Source of the DNA: Adineta vaga
Lineage: Eukaryota > Animalia > Rotifera
Direction of reading: 5' to 3'
Length of the DNA stretch: 64,000 nt
Assembly: GCA_021613535.1 (NCBI GenBank)
Contig: CP075497.1
Coordinates: 4,588,001 to 4,652,000, forward strand
Shown piece by piece: positions 1 through 12,393 of the stretch. The first letter of the stretch is position 1. Each line of letters opens with the position of its first letter. Below the pieces are notes generated by a model. It was not told where the DNA came from and ran no database searches. It was given only the letters and a program-made list of their open reading frames with translations. The position numbers were made by a program, and so were the translations under genes.

Positions 1-709
1 CAATCCTGAGTATTATTTTTTTAGACATAAGAATAGAAGAAAAGAAAAGGTAATAACAAATGATGAAGAGATCCGGAAATGAACACAGATTGGCCAATTT
101 AAATATGTCACTAAAAGATATGTATAACGTTTATAGAATCTTGATGAAAACATTTTGTAATTCATTGTCTTCACTAATGAAACTATCAATAATCATGATG
201 AACTGTTTTCAGAATTCATCCGAACATCTTTTCGAACTTTTCAATCAGATATATTTCTATTCTAATATGTAATCCATACTTATTAAATTAGTATTTTCAA
301 GACAGTACTCATTTTTCTCAAAATAATCTATTTATTGTTCTCGTCACACAATTTCGCTAGTCCTATTTAACGATATCTAATTAGAAAATTTTGACTAAAA
401 GATATTTTCTTACTTTCTTTCTTTCCATTAGTCTGTTCTAACATGCAATACTTTACTAAGTAAATATAATTGAATTAATGTCGGAAAAAAAGTAAGATAA
501 ACTATTTGATAAAAAGGTAACGAATTGGAAATGAATAAAGACAATATGAAATTTTCTTTTTCTATTAAATCAGACATGTCATTCACATACACAAATACAC
601 ATAGACATACATAAAGCTTGTAAGAAGAATGAATATACTATCAAGAAAAGATAAACTAATGTTTGAGAATAATCAGTAGAGAAACAAATTTACAAAGAGA
701 ATATTTAGT

Positions 710-3137
710 TTATGATGAACGTTGTTGTAAAGCATTTGCTTCGAGACTTGCTAATTCTTCTTGTGTCATTTCGTGTTGTTTATTAAGTTCAGCAATTTGT
801 TGAACAAGAAGAAGACGTTCTTGTAAGATTTTTTCTAAGATTGTTTCATTCTACATAATGAAAAAAGAACTAATGAATATTTACATCAAAAGAAAAGACA
901 AACATACATTTGAAGCTGTTGTTGTTAGACTATTTGATGCACCTGTTAAACCATTATTAGTTGCATTTCGTAACATACTCGTTGTTGAATTACTTTTCGG
1001 AAGACCTGATTCAAATAAATCATAGGATGATGGTAAATCAATTGGACTTATCATTGATGAACGTGATTCTTGTTCAAGGATTCGTCGTTGAGGAATTTGT
1101 CGAGAAAAATCATGGGTATGATTATCATTTGTTGAAATAGCTGAACCTGGTCGAGAATATTTGTTTGATATCTCATTTGATTCACTATATGTCGAATAAC
1201 GATATTGATTCATATCTGTTGGTGTCGCTATAACAAAAGAAAAGGCATTGAAATATAAATATATTAAATAAAAGAAACGTAACAAACCTGTATTCATCCG
1301 TTGAGTATAGCTGAGTAATTCATCGGTCGAAATGATTTTTGTTCGTTGTGGTTGAGAATTGTTATTATTTGTATTTGAGAAATGTTGTCTTGGTTCAGCT
1401 ATTTGATGTTCGATTCGATCTCGTTGTGTACGAGCTGAATTCATCGGTGTTGGTTGAGAAATCGAATTATTTGTTGTTTTCTTTGTAGAAATTATTTCAT
1501 TATTAACAAGTTGACAAACAGTTTGCATCATTGTTTGTAACATTGATATTTGATTTTCGATTTTTTGTTGAAAATCTAATTGAGCTTTGATAACAACTGA
1601 AAGTTGATCTTTAAGAATATTTGTATCTTGATTTGCTTGTTGACCTTTCGTACTAAGTGCACACTTAAATGAATGGAAAAAAAATAAAATCATATAAATA
1701 AAAGAAGAATTTTTTTGTTTTTACCTGTTTAACATGACCTGTTAATGAAATGAGAGCAGTGAGAAGAGCTGTACTACAAGTATTTGCTTGATTATGTAAT
1801 GATGAATTCGTTTTCTCGGATTTGAATCCTGTTATAGTTTCTAAATCATTTAATTCATAAGATAAACGATCAAGTAACTAAATAAATCAAAGGGTATGTT
1901 TTTTAGTGTCTAACAGAGAACAAAATTGACATACCGTTTTCAATTGATTTGTCGATGAAGTATTGTTAGTCAAGTCTGTTGGAGTAGTAGTTTTACCAAT
2001 AAGTTTTGATGTATCAGACATAAATGAAACATTATTAACAGGTCGAGTTCCATTTGATTGTTGTCGCGATTGAGAATACTGATTTAAATTACGAGTTGTT
2101 GTTGTTGTTGAATGGAATGGATCACGTTCAGTAGAAGATTCACGATGGTGATGATGTTGTCGTTGAGAATTTGATTTTGAATTTGAACGATTCAAACGTA
2201 CTGGTTCATTTTCAAGTTCATCTTCTTCACCTTCTTGTGAACTAACGGAAATGTTATCTAAATTCATTTAAAAATTATTGAAATTCTGTCAATAAAAAAA
2301 GATTCTTAATATACCTTCTTCCGATTGATTCCAATCTGCACCACCTGGTGAATTTAAATTCCTTATCGATGATTGTCTAGAACAAATCCAGGAAAATATG
2401 TAAAACAAACATTAACGTATTATTTATACTTTGTTGAAGAGGTTGATGTTTTTCTTGTTCGACCATTAGTTAAACTTGTAAAATGATTTTTTCCACTACG
2501 TAACTAAAAAATTCGATTATTGAAGTTCTTGTTTTTTTTTTCAAAATTCGAACTGTTTCTTACTACGCTACTTTTTGGAACGAATTTTTCTGATCGACTT
2601 GAATGTAAAACATGATTCGATTTTTGCACCAATTCATCGATCTAAATAAACAATTTCTATTGAAAGATTTGTTTTTTTTCCAAATCTCGTTATTTACGTC
2701 TCGTTCATTGAATAATATTTCACGTAAAATACCCAATTGATTACTGTTATTTTTCTTTGCATCCTGAACGGCTAGAATTGAAGAATCGATTAATATTTTT
2801 TATCATTTTTTCAAACAAAACCTTTTGCTAAAACTTTTCGTTGTTTTTCTTCTTGAATTAATTGTAAATTACGTGATTGATACGCTTGTTTTCGTCGTGA
2901 CTAAAATATGACAACAAAATCGATTTATTCCTTTTTTGTTTGTTTCATTGAAATAGAAAAATCATATATATTTACGGTTTCATCATCACTTAAACGATGT
3001 TGAGATAAATCGCCAACTGTTGACTAAAATAAATGTTCATTATTAATACGAAATCGAATTAATTCTCTTACATCCCAATCTTGATGTTTTTTTAAAGTAG
3101 TTTTCTTTTGTGGACGACGAATATTTGTTTTCGACAT
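710..3137 (-). CDS. SPICE1: Spindle and centriole-associated protein 1 (multi-exon)
   Basis: Hand-spliced N-terminus MSKTNIRRPQKKTTLKKHQDWD|STVGDLSQHRLSDDET...QLGILREILLNE resembles the SPICE1 motifs WDNTVTDLTVHR and RLSIMKEILSD. The C-terminal coil LVQQIAELNKQHE resembles ARIAELNRQS. ORFs 881-1693 and 1887-2267 are internal exons; stop at 710-712. Confidence 0.75.
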
Positions 3138-3365
3138 GTTGTTTTCTAAGTGCAAATCAATAGTATATGAATTACAAAAAATTGAACCATCAGAAATGTA
3201 TTCCTATGACAACAATCCTCTTCTCCCCTTTCATGATGTCATGAACAAAGCGTCATCTATTTCTTTTAAAATGCCTAGCAACGACATACATATATTTTCT
3301 TTTATAACATACAGATGAATTGTTACCGCAAGGTCGACAAACTTCGTTAATCAAATCTATCAAAA
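3138..3365. promoter_or_regulatory. Putative bidirectional promoter with RFX X-box-like sites
   Basis: 228-bp gap between divergent ATGs (3137 -, 3366 +). Contains TGCCTAGCAAC (3272-3282), TTCCTATGACAAC (3201-3213) and a GTTACC half-site (3322-3327), resembling the X-box GTNRCC-N0-3-RGYAAC. Confidence 0.55.
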
Positions 3366-6300
3366 ATGTTGAAAGCAGGCCTATTACCATCACCAACTAT
3401 TAATGCATTGTCATCGAATGTAGGAACTTCGAAGAATAAAATTGATACACAAACATTTGTTGAACTACGATCTGGTTTGTTGCTAGAGACAAAATTTTGT
3501 TCAGAGAAAAATAAAACATTGATTTATCTCTTAGATATTCCACATGTTCGAATATATTTTAGTGTGGATGGAACAAAACCGGATCCATTTCAAATATTTA
3601 AAACTGGCCATGTATCTACATATCTTTATCGTGGTGCATTTCGTCTTGGACCAGGACGACGTGTCGTAAAAGCTATGGCTGTTACTACGTAACTAAAGAA
3701 CTGTTAGGATTTGATGAATAATACTATTTTTCTTTAATTTTTTTCAAGTGATGGATTACGAGAAAGTAATATAACAACAAAATATTTTGATGTAGATGAT
3801 AAGTATTCAGAAGCTTATCCAGAATATCCGGAATATTCGAATGAATATCCCGATAATGATCAATCATTCAATCAAATCAATTTAAGTCCAGTACGAACAA
3901 TTTTCTTGTTCTATAGAATCATTTTCATGTGTATCAAATAGGAACGATCTCCACCATTGAATAAAACGAAAAAACCACGTCATAGTGCTGATCATCGTCG
4001 ATCAAATTCAGCTAATCAAGCAAGAAATGATTTTGGACGAACCCAATTCGACGATGGATTCAATGTGCAAAGTACTATCGAAGGTCCAATTTCACCTGTA
4101 AATTATGCAGGTACACAAATTAATATTTGGGGTTCACCAGGAGGAAATATGAGCGATGAATTAATGCATATTGCTGATCCAAGTAGAAATTATGGTTATA
4201 TGACAGAACAAATGCTTGAAGTGAGTTTTTTTCTTCTCGAGCTTTTCTTTTCTATGATTGATATTTACTATATAGCGTATTCAACCATCGAAAAATTTAG
4301 CAATTGGACCACCTCAAATAACTGATGTTGCTGAGCAAGAAGATTTTTGGGATCGAAAACCAAAACCAGTCAGTCCAGGCAATGGCAATTGGAAGAAAAC
4401 ACTGGAACATCTGTTTTTGAACATCTATAATTATGTTAAAGATGAACAAGAATTGCGTGAACTTTTTGGTTGGAAAAAATTTGGACGAGTAATTGAAAAT
4501 TTAAATAATTGTATCTTCGTCAATGTCATTTTTCCCTAGATTGAAACAGCTAAGTTAATTGATAAAGGTAATACTTATCAAATTATCACAACATTTAAGA
4601 AACCTCTTGGTGAACAATCAACATATGAAGAGCCACCACCTATTCAAAGACCACGTCCACAACGACGACCACCGAAACGTAATCGAACACCACCGGATAC
4701 TCCACCAGAAAGACCAGTTCGACCTGTTGAAACAACACCACCACCTACACCACCCCCTATCAATATTCATTCAGATGAATCCATCAATGATAAATCTACT
4801 GCTCGTTCACCACGTATCTATACCGAAGAAATTGTGGTAAATTAATTTCTATACATTTCATATTTTCTTCTTAAATACTTTATTCATATAGCAACAAGGA
4901 ACATTGGTACCATTTGCTGAATTTAATGTTCAACGAGGTGAAACTAGATTTTGTAGAGATACGTAGAATTATTAAATGATTTCTTCGATTCGTAGATTGT
5001 GAAAATCTTCGTAAAGCAATGAAAGGTCTTGGAACAGATGATGATATGCTTGTTCACATTCTTGGTAATCGTAGTAGTGATCAACGAGTGAAAATTCGTG
5101 ATCAATATAAAATTTTGTTTGGTCGGGTAAGAAATCTGTCAAATAAAATGTTCAATTTAAAAATCAATGGAAACCTATATCTAGGATTTAGCTGAGATAT
5201 TAAAAGCGATACATCTGGAAATTTTTGCAAAGTTTTAACAAATCTTCTTTATGATCCTGTTACATACGATTGTCGTGAATTGAAGCGAGCAGTGAAAGGA
5301 GCAGGAACAGATGAAGAAGCATTGATCGAAATCCTCGCTAGTCGTTCCAATAAACGTATCAAAGCAATTAATGATCTTTATCCACAACGTAAATATGCAA
5401 TTTTCTAATCATTCATACATTTCATTCTGATTCTTTTTTCTATAGTCTACTCTCGATCATTGGAAAAAGATATTGTGGGTGATACAAGTGGCCATTTGAA
5501 AAAAATATTAGTGACATTAGCACAAGGAAATCGACCAGAAACGAATGAAATCAATGAAGACGAAGCAGAAAATGATGCCAAAACTTTATATGAAGCAGGT
5601 GAAAAGAAATGGGGAACAGATGAATCCAAATTCGTAGAGATTATAGCTGATCGAAGGTTGATTAGTTAATTTTCATCAATAACCTTTGTTTTCTAATTTG
5701 TTTTATTAGCAATGCACAATTAAAAGCGATTTGTGATGCATATAGTCATTACAGTAAAAAAGATATTGAAAAAGCAATTGAATCTGAAACAAGTGGAAAT
5801 TTACGTCGAGCTTTATTAGCAATTGGTAAGTAAAGAATGAAATTTTCATTATGATGCAAAGGAAAAAACGAACCGTTAGAATCAGTAAATGACATATGAT
5901 CGTATGTTTTCTTTTAGTTCGTGTTATGCGTAGTCGGCCAGGTTATTTCGCCCAACAACTGAAAAAAGCATTAAAGGTATGTTCGATGATTTCTTCTTTT
6001 TCTTGATCAATTTGATAAAGGACACTACTTTTAGTTTCTATTCTATAAATTAAAGACAGATATAAGGTAAACGGCATGAGAAAAATTATTGACATGCAAT
6101 GCGTTTTTTTTTGCATCAAAATATCAATTTATGTTATAGCTTTTGGAAAAAATGAAATCACTTGATGCTAAACATCTATTTTGCTTGAAAAATAGTTCAT
6201 TTGAGAAGATCTTTGAGAAATAGAAAACAATACGTTCGACTTGAATAGCTTAATATATTTTTTGTTTATATAGGGTATGGGTACAAACGAAGATGAATTG

Positions 6301-7885
6301 AATCGTGTTATTATATCACGATGTGAAGTTGATATGATTCAAATTAAAGAAGAATACGAAAGTTTAATGAAACGTTCATTAGAAAAACATGTTCATGTAT
6401 GTTAAACTTTCATTTTCGTATATATTTACTGATATTAAACACATTTCTAGAGTGACACTAGTGGTAGCTATCGAAATATTATCATGGAATTATTAAAGAA
6501 TCCAAATGAACGAACTCAAAAAGCTGGCAGTGGTAAGATATCTTCTATTTCACGATCACTTCTTTGATTAAAAATATTTTTTCTTTTTAGCAAAATATGA
6601 AAATGTTGAATTACCTGGTTACAAGCAACCAGAGATTTATAAAGAAGATCTCATTGTAAATTGTTTCTTTACTTTTATTTTTTGAATTGTATCTTCGAAC
6701 ATTCATTTCTAGCAACAAGGAACAATGACAGCAAAAGTTAATTTTAATGCTGGCAGTGATGCAGATGCTTTACGAAAAGCCATGAAAGGACTTGGTACTG
6801 ATGAAAAAACTCTCATTGATATCTTAGGAAATCGAACTACTGCCCAACGATTACAAATCAAATCAGCTTTCAAAGATAAGCATAATCGAGTAGGACATTG
6901 ATTTTAAAACATTTTCTTTTGTCATCAAGTATTTTACATGAATAGGATTTGGTGCATGATTTAAAATCTGAAACATCGGGCAATTTTGCGAATTTACTCG
7001 AACGATTAATGATGGATCCAGTTGAACTGGATTGTTTTGAATTGAAACAAGGTGTAAAAGGATTAGGTACTGATGAAGAAACTTTAATTGAAATACTAGC
7101 AAGTCGTAGTAATGAACGATTGAAAGCAATCACGGAAACCTATCAAAAAAGTAAACTTTAAACGATGTCAATTTTATGATTTAAAAAGATATATTTAGTG
7201 TATGGAAAACCACTGGAAAAAGATGTTAAATCAGATACAAGTGGAGATTTCCGTCGACTACTTGTGTCATTAATGCAAGGTAGTCGACCAGAGACAACAG
7301 AAGTCAACGTGGAAGAAGCTAAAACAGATGCTCAAACATTGATTGATGCAGGACAAGCAAAATTTGGAACAGATGAAGCAAGATTCAATGTTCTATTCTG
7401 CAGTCGAAGTGATCCACAATTACGAGCAATCTTTAATGAATTTGCTAAATTAACAGGCAAATCTGTTGGTAAGATATTTATTAGAATTGCCGTTTATCAT
7501 TTTGATCTATCTGCATTTTTCTTAACAGAGGATACAGTAAAAAGTGAAACAAGTGGTGATCTTCAAAAAGGTCTCATGGCTATTATTCGATGTGTACGAA
7601 GTCGTCCATATTTTTTTGCTGAACAATTACGCAAAGCAATGAAAGTAAGATGATTTCATTTCCTTTGTCTTTTATCTAATTCGATTTTCATAGGGATTGG
7701 GCACAAAAGAATCCACATTAAATCGTATTCTAATAACACGTTCAGAAATTGATCTTGTTCAAATCAAGGAAGCATTTAGTCGTCAATTCAATCGAGAATT
7801 AGAACAAGATGTTAGTAAAGAAACAAGTGGAGATTATAAGAAGTTACTTTTAGAAATACTCAAAGATCCATCTAAACGTAATTGA
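3366..7885 (+). CDS. DZANK1-like N-terminal region fused to an eight-repeat (two-tetrad) annexin
   Basis: Continuous spliced frame through GT-AG introns: [12 protein letters not shown]...[11 protein letters not shown]|[17 protein letters not shown]...VKAMAVT|[16 protein letters not shown] (DZANK1 N-domain); [15 protein letters not shown] (DZANK1 SPGxGxW motif); a Pro-rich linker; then 8 annexin repeats (GLGTD, GAGTD, KWGTD, GMGTN, GLGTD, GLGTD, KFGTD, GLGTK), each followed by (D/E)TSG. Stop at 7885. Confidence 0.85.
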
Positions 7886-8169
7886 TGAACAATAATTATA
7901 ATTTAAAAGAAATCTTTGACATTGTAATAATGAATAAAAAGTTGATGATGTTGTGCATAAAAAATATTTATTAACTTTAAGAAAAACTTTTGTATAATTC
8001 TATGAAATATGTATTCTATCAATTTTGATAGAGTAGAGTGATGATGAACATTGCTTATACAAATGATAATAGTGAAAAGATGAATATCAGTCTACTATTT
8101 GACTATATAGAAGAGTTCTTTGAAATATAACATCGAATAATAAAAAACAGTCTTGTAACTAAGACATTC

Positions 8170-8183
8170 GTTTTCTTAGCAAC
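8170..8183. promoter_or_regulatory. X-box-like motif upstream of the ERICH3-like gene
   Basis: GTTTTCTTAGCAAC about 250 bp upstream of the ATG at 8435. Confidence 0.4.
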
Positions 8184-8434
8184 GAAACAAAATGATGAAG
8201 AGGACCTTTACAATTTTAAGTGTCCAATATTAAATATATTGTCCTAGATTTTTACCTAGTGCAGATTGTTATATAAATAAATCTCTCGGAAATATTTTCT
8301 ATATAATGTTTGTCAATTGATAAAAGCCATTCAGGACAAAGATCTGTTTTACTTTTTGTATTTCTTCATCAACTCAGTCGATTGTTTTCCATACAGAAGC
8401 CTTATTTCATTATCAAATCTTCAAACGAAGAATA

Positions 8435-9643
8435 ATGTCGACTGTTTCACGACCGATCACGTATGTTTCTACATTTATATTTCGTTTTCAAAGTTATTAT
8501 TACTATTATTATTATAGGCCATATCTTAATCTTGATGATCCACATACCCAACATTTTTTTACTAGAAGTCATGTACAAAAACATTTACGATTAGCAGGCT
8601 TGGTATGATTGTAAAATATAAAAGCGTGTTGTGATTAATTAAGTATTTTGTTTAGTTGAATAAGAATGGAGAAATTGTCACTCAAGCAGAATATGACAAC
8701 GCTCAAAAGGATGTTGCTATTGGACGTGAGAATAAAAAAAAACTCGATGAAGCTATTGTTGAAGTGTATATAATTTTATTTATGACTTCTACGAATTTAT
8801 CATAATTTTCCTTGTATGTGCATAGACTTAATGAAATGACGAGAGAACATTGGGGATATGCACGTAATCATATGGAACATGTAAAGAAAGACTTGATCAA
8901 TCAATTTCGACGAATCGAAGTAAACTCTTGTGAGATTAGTTATCAATGCTATTGTTTCTCATATAGTTACAATATCGTCGACGTATACAACCAATTGTAA
9001 TTCGACATACTCATGATGGTCGCATTCGAATTGTCAGTCATCATTTTAACATATCAGGCTTCTTTTCTTCTACTTGTATTTTCATTTTTCAGGAATCAAA
9101 TGAGCCAAAACAAACTACGCGTCATACTATCAGTGCTAATGCATCTAGAGTTCGAAATTCGTAAGCATGTTCAATTCACTCTTAAAATCATATGTAATTT
9201 TATTTATATATAGAGCTGCATCTGTCGTTGTTTCGAGAAGTCCTTCTCCACGTTCACAATCTCCTGAGAAATCAGAAATTCGACAACCATCGTATAATCT
9301 TACTACTGTTCGATACGAATTGAATGATATCAAAGATAAGCTAGTCAAGTTTGATCAACAATTTAACCGTCTTGAAAGTCAATATAAGTCTACTATCTCA
9401 ACACCAACTAGTCTTAATAATACTCAACGTTTTGCTCGATTAGTAGAACGTACCTATAACAATAATAATCTTCGATCCAATCAACAACATGTTACAAAAT
9501 TAGATTCACATGTAGTCGATCATTCACAACAAAGCCAGAATCTAATTCTGAACGAATCAGCTTTAAACGATCCTCAAACATTTATGCCATATACTGAGTT
9601 TTTACCAACATTTGATATGTTTACTAAAAAAAATTGGATTTAA
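8435..9643 (+). CDS. Protein with ERICH3 N-terminal-like motif (multi-exon)
   Basis: Spliced MSTVSRPITPYLNLDDPHTQHFFTRSHVQKHLRLAGL|LNKNGEIVTQAEY...KKLDEAIVE|TLNEMTR resembles ERICH3 YNSLMDKHLAGYFNNTRIRRHLLRSGLITRSGRILSEKEY. Last exon is within ORF 9167-9643. Confidence 0.6.
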
Positions 9644-9697
9644 ATTATTCTTTTTCTTTATTTTTAATTAAATATAAGTTTGTCGTAAAAAATTGTT

Positions 9698-12136
9698 TTA
9701 GGAAAACTTGTTAAATCCATGTGAATCCAATTTATCTCTTTCATATAAGTCCTTTTCTTGTAACGTTGCTTTTCGACAACCAAACTTTTCTTTATCAGTA
9801 TTTCGTCGTGCACGTATTTCTCCATTATCAAATTTGATTGCTGGTCTTCGATAGAACTCATACGTATTCCAATGTTCAATTTTTTTCTCAGGATCTTTCA
9901 ATATAATTGTATCTGTTAGTAACGGAACTTGTGATGGAATTAAAAATGATGGTCGACATATGACATCGATAAAAATATTTCGTATATCTTCTAGATTGAG
10001 AATATGTTTGATGTTTAATTCGGTAAAATATCGTAATAAGAGTTTTATTGCATATCGAACAACTATTTGTATACTTGAATATTTCATTTCATTCAATATA
10101 ATTTCTTGTCGTTGTGGCGAATAATGAGAACATCCTTTCCAATAACTAGTACATTGCGAACATCCAACAATTTCTGGCTGAGTAGAGTTAGAAACTGTAT
10201 CCGTCTGTTCATCATTAATCGGAAGTCGATTAATCTGTTCTTCGTACATTATAGTTAATTCTTTAGCAATTTTGTAAGCCATTTCACACAACATTTCAGG
10301 ACTACTCAAACTTCCAAGATAACTTAATACATTTACAATTCGTTTTTCATCAAGTTTTATGATCTCATCATTCGATAAACCAACAGATGAGAATTCAAAT
10401 AATCTCGTTAAAAATTGAAATATCATCGATACTTTCAACACAGAACTTGGTAATGAAAGTAAACATATATCTGTACTAACCATGCGAATCCCATCGAATA
10501 GATTACATAATTGCATAGCAAAATATCTAAAGAATATTTCTTGTGCAGGTGAATCGGAAAATACCTTCAGATTTGTTTGTATTATATCACATTTCTTTAA
10601 TTGATATTGAACAAACATATTACGAACTTCATTAACAAAACATTTATGTAATGTATTCGATTTCATACGTTCATCTAATAGTAAAACACGAAGTTGTTTC
10701 CAATTTCTATTTGTATTAATATATTTGTCAAATACTTCATTTGTTTTTAAGATACTATCTGTTGCATATTGAATATATTTTTCAATAACGAATTCTGATG
10801 CAGTGTCATCTGAATATCTATTCGTTATAAAAGAAGTAATAGTTAAACAGTTGACGGCAAGTGCTATCGTATCTTCATCTCGCCAGCCATTTGGCAGTTT
10901 AGTAATCTCATTAATACGTTCACGTGCGTTTTCGTAGTGTTTGAGAGAATCTTTCGAATATGAAGCTTGTTTTTGTATGTATTCAGCAATGATTCGAATA
11001 ATATCAGCTCGAGTTAAAATATCATGATTAAGATCAAGAAAGATTTCTGTTTCTTGTATTTTTTTTGCGAAATAAATATATAATTTTTTGTTATTATCGG
11101 ATTTGTACGAATAGATATTCGTTTGTGATGCATGAGCTGTTTGTCCAAGCTCAATTGCTGTACGATAATCGTCAACAGCTGCATCATGATGTCCCAATTC
11201 ATATTGAATCATTCCACGTGCATAAAATACATCTGATTCATTTCCATTAAGTTTCGTTGATTTATTGAAATTAATCAATGCTTTTTCAGGTTTATTCAAA
11301 ATCATGAAAGATAAACCTCGACGAAATAAAATTCGATCATTAATTCTTGATGATCCTTGTTTTATTGAATCATTTAATGCATCTTTAAAATCTATCAATG
11401 CTTTATCATGTCGATCAAGACTTGCATGACAAAGACCTCGTCGAAATCGAATATGATCATTTGATATTGGTATTAATTTACATTTCGTTCCTTTCGAATT
11501 CAATAAATCATCGAATTCAACCAGTGCATCATGATATCGACCTAATTCACTATAAGCACAACCTTTAATAAAATGATCTTGACTTTGTTCACAAACAACA
11601 ACGAGATCTTTTCGTGCTTGATCGTATTTTGCAGTACAAGCATAGGCTCGTCCACGATGAAGATAATACCATTTTTGTTTATCTTCATCGCTTCCTGAAC
11701 TATCTTCAATAGCACGAGTAAAATGTGAGATCGCTTCATCATATTGATTTAACATTGCATAAATAACTCCGATTTGAAATTGTCCTTTATGTCGATGAAT
11801 GTTTAATTCTGTATGATTTTTACATAGATTAACATAGAGTTTATAATCATCTAATGCAGAATCGAATTGATTGATTTTAAATTTAGAAAAAGCACGTTTA
11901 TATAATGCTAATAATCGTTTTGCATGTGAACAATTTTCTAAAAAGATTGTTGAACTAAAATCATCAATAGCTTGTTCATATTCAGTAAGATGAAGATATG
12001 CACAACCACGATAAAAATATCCATCCGAATCAGTTCGATTTTGTAAAATTAATAAAGTAAATTCTTCGACTGCCTTATCGTATTGTTCGTTTCGTGCATA
12101 TTGAAGGCCAGTATTGACTTGCGGTAGAGTTGTCAT
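9698..12136 (-). CDS. Intronless tetratricopeptide-repeat protein with an uncharacterised C-terminal domain (812 aa)
   Basis: Single 2.4-kb ORF. The N-terminal ~330 aa has repeated TPR consensus (e.g. GYFYRGCAYLHLTEYEQAIDDFS, VFYARGMIQYELGHHDAAVDDYRTAIEL). Confidence 0.9.
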   Translation of the reverse strand: MTTLPQVNTGLQYARNEQYDKAVEEFTLLILQNRTDSDGYFYRGCAYLHLTEYEQAIDDFSSTIFLENCSHAKRLLALYKRAFSKFKINQFDSALDDYKLYVNLCKNHTELNIHRHKGQFQIGVIYAMLNQYDEAISHFTRAIEDSSGSDEDKQKWYYLHRGRAYACTAKYDQARKDLVVVCEQSQDHFIKGCAYSELGRYHDALVEFDDLLNSKGTKCKLIPISNDHIRFRRGLCHASLDRHDKALIDFKDALNDSIKQGSSRINDRILFRRGLSFMILNKPEKALINFNKSTKLNGNESDVFYARGMIQYELGHHDAAVDDYRTAIELGQTAHASQTNIYSYKSDNNKKLYIYFAKKIQETEIFLDLNHDILTRADIIRIIAEYIQKQASYSKDSLKHYENARERINEITKLPNGWRDEDTIALAVNCLTITSFITNRYSDDTASEFVIEKYIQYATDSILKTNEVFDKYINTNRNWKQLRVLLLDERMKSNTLHKCFVNEVRNMFVQYQLKKCDIIQTNLKVFSDSPAQEIFFRYFAMQLCNLFDGIRMVSTDICLLSLPSSVLKVSMIFQFLTRLFEFSSVGLSNDEIIKLDEKRIVNVLSYLGSLSSPEMLCEMAYKIAKELTIMYEEQINRLPINDEQTDTVSNSTQPEIVGCSQCTSYWKGCSHYSPQRQEIILNEMKYSSIQIVVRYAIKLLLRYFTELNIKHILNLEDIRNIFIDVICRPSFLIPSQVPLLTDTIILKDPEKKIEHWNTYEFYRRPAIKFDNGEIRARRNTDKEKFGCRKATLQEKDLYERDKLDSHGFNKFS

Positions 12137-12393
12137 GTTAATTAACTGTTGATGTTTGTGTTTGAAGAATGTGTAAGTTACAGATGGTATTTATTCAGTT
12201 AAACAACATATGAACGTTATTCTCTATCCAAAAATTCGTATGTAGGATTGACTAGATTTCAAATTTCTTTTTTTCCTCTGGAGAATAATATAAACTATCG
12301 ACACAAATATTAGACTAAAGAAGAAAGAAAAATAGTATGTTTACATTGTTCACCGAAGTGAAGTTGTTTATTTGAATAGTAGAATATATACAA

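Noticed and set aside
60-272. 70-aa ORF at window start
   Set aside because: No recognisable motif or splice context; the opposite strand has stops.
4559-7133. Alternative-frame and antisense ORFs over the annexin gene (4559-4840, 5447-5629, 6863-7133)
   Set aside because: Shadows of real exons; codon bias keeps other frames open.
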